A stretch of 64,000 bases of DNA from Deltaproteobacteria bacterium. GTDB taxonomy: Bacteria; Desulfobacterota; GWC2-55-46. The notes under the pieces are model-generated. The model saw only the letters and a program-made list of their open reading frames with translations, was not told where the DNA came from and made no database searches. Shown piece after piece: positions 60,402 through 64,000 of this stretch; within the stretch, counting starts at the first letter, position 1; each line of letters starts with the position of its first letter. The stretch lies in the NCBI GenBank assembly GCA_016212705.1, contig JACREU010000070.1, positions 72,390 through 136,389 of the forward strand, read 5' to 3'. The position numbers were made by a program, and so were the translations under genes.

Positions 60402-62594
60402 TTAAGGGCATTTGCGGTGCCTGGCGTTGATGGCTTTTGAGACCGCCTCGCACAATTCCTGCACCCTGTATGGTTTTACGACTACGCCGATAAAGCCGTA
60501 GCGCTCGTACTCGGCCATTATCGGGTCGTCCGAGTAACCGCTTGATACAATGGCCTTTATTGCGGGGTCTATCTCTTTAAGTCTTTGTATCGCCTCTTTT
60601 CCTCCCATGCCGCCGGGTATCGTAAGGTCCATTATGACTACATCGAAGGGACTTCCGGCCGCAAAGGCCTTTTGGTACATCTTTATCGCCTCTTCGCCAG
60701 AGGGGGCCGAGTGCGCTTCATAGCCTGATGTTTCGAGTATCTCCATCGCTATATCCCTTATCATCTCCTCGTCGTCCATGACGAGGAGCCTGCCGTGTCC
60801 CCTGGCAAGGGCTTCATCAGGACCCAGCGACCCAGCCTTCGAACCCTCTACGGCCTCATTCGAGGCCGGCAGATATATGTGGAATACGGTGCCAACGCCG
60901 GGCGTGGAATCGAACGAGACATGGCCGTTGTGCCTGGTGATGATGGAGTAGACGCTTGCGAGCCCTAATCCGTTGCCACCGCTCTTGGTGGTGAAGTATG
61001 GGTCGAATACCTTGTGCCTTATCTCATCGGGTATGCCGGGGCCGTTGTCCTCAATGGAAATCCTTACATAAGCCCCGTCTTTGAGCGACAGGCGTTTATT
61101 CGTCCCGGCGGCGTCCACGTTCCCGGCGCTTACCTTCACAACGCCGCCGCCGGGCATCGCCTGTTTGGCGTTTAAGATGATATTGCCTATGACCTGGCTG
61201 ATCTGCCCAGGGTCTACCGCCGCAGTCTTGAGGCCGTCCGCGAATGAGAACTCGCACCTGACGTTCGAGCCGCGGAGAATGAACTCGGCGCTCGTCCGGA
61301 CGATCTCGTTCACAACCGCAGTCTTTTTTACGGGAGCACCGCCCCTGGCAAACGTAAGGAGCTGTCCGGTCAGCTCCTTTGCGTGCATGGCCGCCTTCTC
61401 CGCCTCGTTCAAGGCCTGCTCCCGCCGGTCCTTATCCCGCGATTCCCTTGCGAAGTAGATGTTCCCGATAATGCCCGTGAGGACGTTGTTGAAGTCGTGG
61501 GCTATTCCGCCGGCGAGGACCCCGAGGGACTCGAGCTTCTCTATCTTCAAGATCTCCTCGTCCATTTTTCTGCGCTCGGTTATGTCCTGGACCGTGCCTA
61601 CCGACCGCACTGGGCGGCCGTCCGGCGCATACTCGGTGAAACCCTTTTCTATCACATGTTTCACGGCGTCGTTTTTAAGGAGGAGCCTGTGGGTGATCTC
61701 GTAAGGGCGGCCGCTCTTGACCGATTCCATGTAGGCGTTGTCAACAAGGGCCCTGTCGTCGGGGTGGACGGCTGAGAGGAACGCCTCGTAAGAGGCCTCG
61801 AACTCCTCAGGGCTTATCTCGAATATGTTGTATATCTCCTTTGACCAGTAGAGCCTGTCGGATACGAGGTCCAGCTCCCAGTGGCCGAGCTTCGCCATAT
61901 GTTGCGCGTACTCAAGGCTCGATTGACTCCTCTTGAGGGATGTTTCGGCGCGTCCTTTAAGTCTGTCGATGTTATGCGCCTCGATGAGGCTGGCGCAGGT
62001 GGAGAGGAGCGGATCGAGATAATTGACAAGTACCTCGTCGTAGCCGCCAGGGCGGTTCGCAAGCCCTACCATGCCGGCGAGTTTGCCGTTGTTGTAAAAG
62101 GGGATGCCGAGAAAGGCGTTTAGCGGCGGGTGGCCTTCGGGGATGCCGTGGCTCTTCGTGTCTTTAGAGGGGTTGTTGGAAATAAGGGGCTTCCCCGACG
62201 TGAGCACAGCGCCGTAGAGGGTGTTGAGTTTTCTGAACTCCAGGCCGGTCTTTGAATGCTCTTCGAGGAGGGCGCGCGTCGCGTCGTCCCAGGCAATGTT
62301 CGTGATGGCGTGCTCCTTGAGATAAGGCGCGCCATTGGCGTCGTAAAACACCTCCCCGATGAAGCCGTATTCGCTCTCCGTCAGGGTGAGGAGGGTCCCG
62401 AGGAGCTCGCCGAAAAGGACTCTCGTCTCGACATTCGCTATGAACTGCGACTGCGCCCTGCTGATGGCATTAATGAGGTCCTTTGTCTTCTGGAACTTCC
62501 GTTCGTTCTCAAGGCAATCGGGACAGGCGTTCTCCCCGTTGAGGTCTGCTTTTTTATTAAGCTCGGCAATAATGGAAATATCCCGGTCTGTCAT
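60402..62594 (-). CDS. Hybrid sensor histidine kinase (GAF-PAS-HisKA-HATPase-REC)
   Basis: AHDFNN, NIILNA..A, DNGPG, FDPYFTTK, GLGL, C-terminal REC (MDDE, MDL, KP). Confidence 0.92.
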   Translation of the reverse strand: MTDRDISIIAELNKKADLNGENACPDCLENERKFQKTKDLINAISRAQSQFIANVETRVLFGELLGTLLTLTESEYGFIGEVFYDANGAPYLKEHAITNIAWDDATRALLEEHSKTGLEFRKLNTLYGAVLTSGKPLISNNPSKDTKSHGIPEGHPPLNAFLGIPFYNNGKLAGMVGLANRPGGYDEVLVNYLDPLLSTCASLIEAHNIDRLKGRAETSLKRSQSSLEYAQHMAKLGHWELDLVSDRLYWSKEIYNIFEISPEEFEASYEAFLSAVHPDDRALVDNAYMESVKSGRPYEITHRLLLKNDAVKHVIEKGFTEYAPDGRPVRSVGTVQDITERRKMDEEILKIEKLESLGVLAGGIAHDFNNVLTGIIGNIYFARESRDKDRREQALNEAEKAAMHAKELTGQLLTFARGGAPVKKTAVVNEIVRTSAEFILRGSNVRCEFSFADGLKTAAVDPGQISQVIGNIILNAKQAMPGGGVVKVSAGNVDAAGTNKRLSLKDGAYVRISIEDNGPGIPDEIRHKVFDPYFTTKSGGNGLGLASVYSIITRHNGHVSFDSTPGVGTVFHIYLPASNEAVEGSKAGSLGPDEALARGHGRLLVMDDEEMIRDIAMEILETSGYEAHSAPSGEEAIKMYQKAFAAGSPFDVVIMDLTIPGGMGGKEAIQRLKEIDPAIKAIVSSGYSDDPIMAEYERYGFIGVVVKPYRVQELCEAVSKAINARHRKCP

Positions 62595-62608
62595 GGCGCC
62601 TTCCCGTG

Positions 62609-63610
62609 CTATCCGCCTATGAGGCTCATCGTCCTCGAGCACTTTTTGAAAATATTCTCGTTTATATGATGGCGCTCCGGCTTTTCAGCGACAGCCTTGA
62701 AGAGCAGACGCTCGATTTCCTCGTCGTTGGACCCGTCCCTCAAGGCCTTTCTTATGTCTATTTCGCTGTCCGAAAAAAGACAGACACGGAGCTTGCCGTC
62801 TGAGGTGAGTCGGAGCCTGTTGCACGAGCCGCAGAAGTCCTCCGAGACCGGGCTTATGAAGCCGATCTCTCCGGGGGCGTCCTTCCAGCGGTATCTGCGC
62901 GCCGGGCCGGCCCCGCCCTTTGAATCTTTTATCGGCTCAAGGGGGCCGAGCCTGTCTTCTATGATGGATTTAAGTTCCTTCATGGTGAGGCACTTGTCCC
63001 TCTGCCACCCCTCCTGCGTGTTGAAGGGCATGTATTCGATGAAGCGGATGTGATAGGGCTTTGTCTTTGACATCAGGGCGAAGTCCAGCACCTCGTCGTC
63101 GTTGAAGCCCTTGATGACGACCATGTTTATCTTTACCGGCGTGAGCCCGGCCTTCTCAGCCTCATCGAGCCCGTCGAGCACGTCCTGGAGGTTGTCCCCG
63201 CGCGTCATCTTCTGGAACCTCTCGCGCTGTAAGGAATCGAGGCTGACGTTCACCCTCTTTAGCCCGGCGTCTTTGAGCCTCTGCGCGTAGTCCTTAAGCA
63301 GTACGCCGTTGGTCGTGAGGCTTAAATCCTCTATGCCGGGGATTTCCGCGAGCGAGGCGAGGAACTCTATGATGCCCTTCCTTACAAGAGGCTCCCCGCC
63401 GGTAATCCTTATCTTCGAGACCCCGTGCGCCGCGGCTATCCTCGCTATGCGGTGGAACTCCTCGTACCTGAGGATGTTGCCGGCCTCCGTTAAATCGATG
63501 CCCTCTGGCGGCATGCAGTAGACGCACCTTAGGTTACAGCGGTCTGTTACCGAGATGCGGAGATAATCGATCTTCCGTTCGTATGAGTCGACGAGCTTTG
63601 TCATGGTCAT
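62609..63610 (-). CDS. moaA: GTP 3',8-cyclase
   Basis: YLRISVTDRCNLRCVYC, TGGEP, C-terminal CxxC...C, IGG terminus. Confidence 0.96.
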   Translation of the reverse strand: MTMTKLVDSYERKIDYLRISVTDRCNLRCVYCMPPEGIDLTEAGNILRYEEFHRIARIAAAHGVSKIRITGGEPLVRKGIIEFLASLAEIPGIEDLSLTTNGVLLKDYAQRLKDAGLKRVNVSLDSLQRERFQKMTRGDNLQDVLDGLDEAEKAGLTPVKINMVVIKGFNDDEVLDFALMSKTKPYHIRFIEYMPFNTQEGWQRDKCLTMKELKSIIEDRLGPLEPIKDSKGGAGPARRYRWKDAPGEIGFISPVSEDFCGSCNRLRLTSDGKLRVCLFSDSEIDIRKALRDGSNDEEIERLLFKAVAEKPERHHINENIFKKCSRTMSLIGG

Positions 63611-63617
63611 GGTGTTT

Positions 63618-64000
63618 TTAGTCCTCAGGCTCCAGCGGCTCCGCCTTTTTGGTCTTTGGCCTTGAGCCGGTATCCATCATGAAGAAATCCGGCGACGAAT
63701 CCCTCGCCGCGCCAACGGATACTTCCTTAGGCGCGGTCCCTGCCTTGAATACCTCGAATACGGGGTCTTCGGTGGCGGATGAGGCGAGAAGGCCCGTAGC
63801 GGGGTCTATCCGCGCGAATTCAATCCCCTCTGGCGCCGGGAAGCTCCTTATCGGCGTACCGGCCGTCGCCCCCTGCATGAAACGGAGCCAGATGGGTAGC
63901 GCCGCCCTTCCGCCGGTTTCGCCCCTGCCGAGCTCCCTCTCTTCATCGTACCCTAACCAGGTCCCGGCCGCAAGCCCCGGGACATAACCCATGAACCAGG
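63618..64000 (-). CDS. C-terminal part of a class A penicillin-binding protein (truncated by the window edge)
   Basis: WFMGY.P, GTWLGYD, GETGGRAALPIW, IDPATG. Confidence 0.75.
   Translation of the reverse strand, partial: WFMGYVPGLAAGTWLGYDEERELGRGETGGRAALPIWLRFMQGATAGTPIRSFPAPEGIEFARIDPATGLLASSATEDPVFEVFKAGTAPKEVSVGAARDSSPDFFMMDTGSRPKTKKAEPLEPED

Overview
GC-rich bacterial chromosome segment. Gene content and the surE-pcm-nlpD-rpoS-apt order suggest a deltaproteobacterial/Desulfobacterota-like organism (inference). 1-14.4 kb: flagellin glycosylation island (oxidoreductase, PseG-like hydrolase, two methyltransferases, two Zn dehydrogenases, transaldolase, ATP-grasp ligase, B12 radical SAM, GH57-like protein, Maf). 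14.4-21 kb: fliC-flaG-fliD-fliS-fliT with two sigma28 promoters and a CsrA-type hairpin, then a c-di-GMP module (REC, REC-GAF-HD-GYP, PilZ). The rest is mostly housekeeping (tilS, exbBD-like, ppx, guaBA, LOG, sppA, M16 peptidase, pncA, aspA, murI, polX, eno, sthA, wrbA, msrP, glgB, surE-pcm-nlpD-rpoS-apt, moaA). Main observations: (i) a rhodanese-like gene with an in-frame UGA in a CxU active-site loop followed by a SECIS-like hairpin, a probable selenoprotein cut short by the ORF track; (ii) two divergent copies of an unexplained structured intergenic element with a covarying closing helix; (iii) an AT-rich GIY-YIG nuclease gene bracketed by REP-like direct repeats; (iv) a reduced PEPCK-like P-loop protein; (v) an unusual sugar-tailoring enzyme set in the glycosylation island; (vi) a hydrolase gene split by a single TAA. 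All product calls come from reading motifs by eye, not from database searches.
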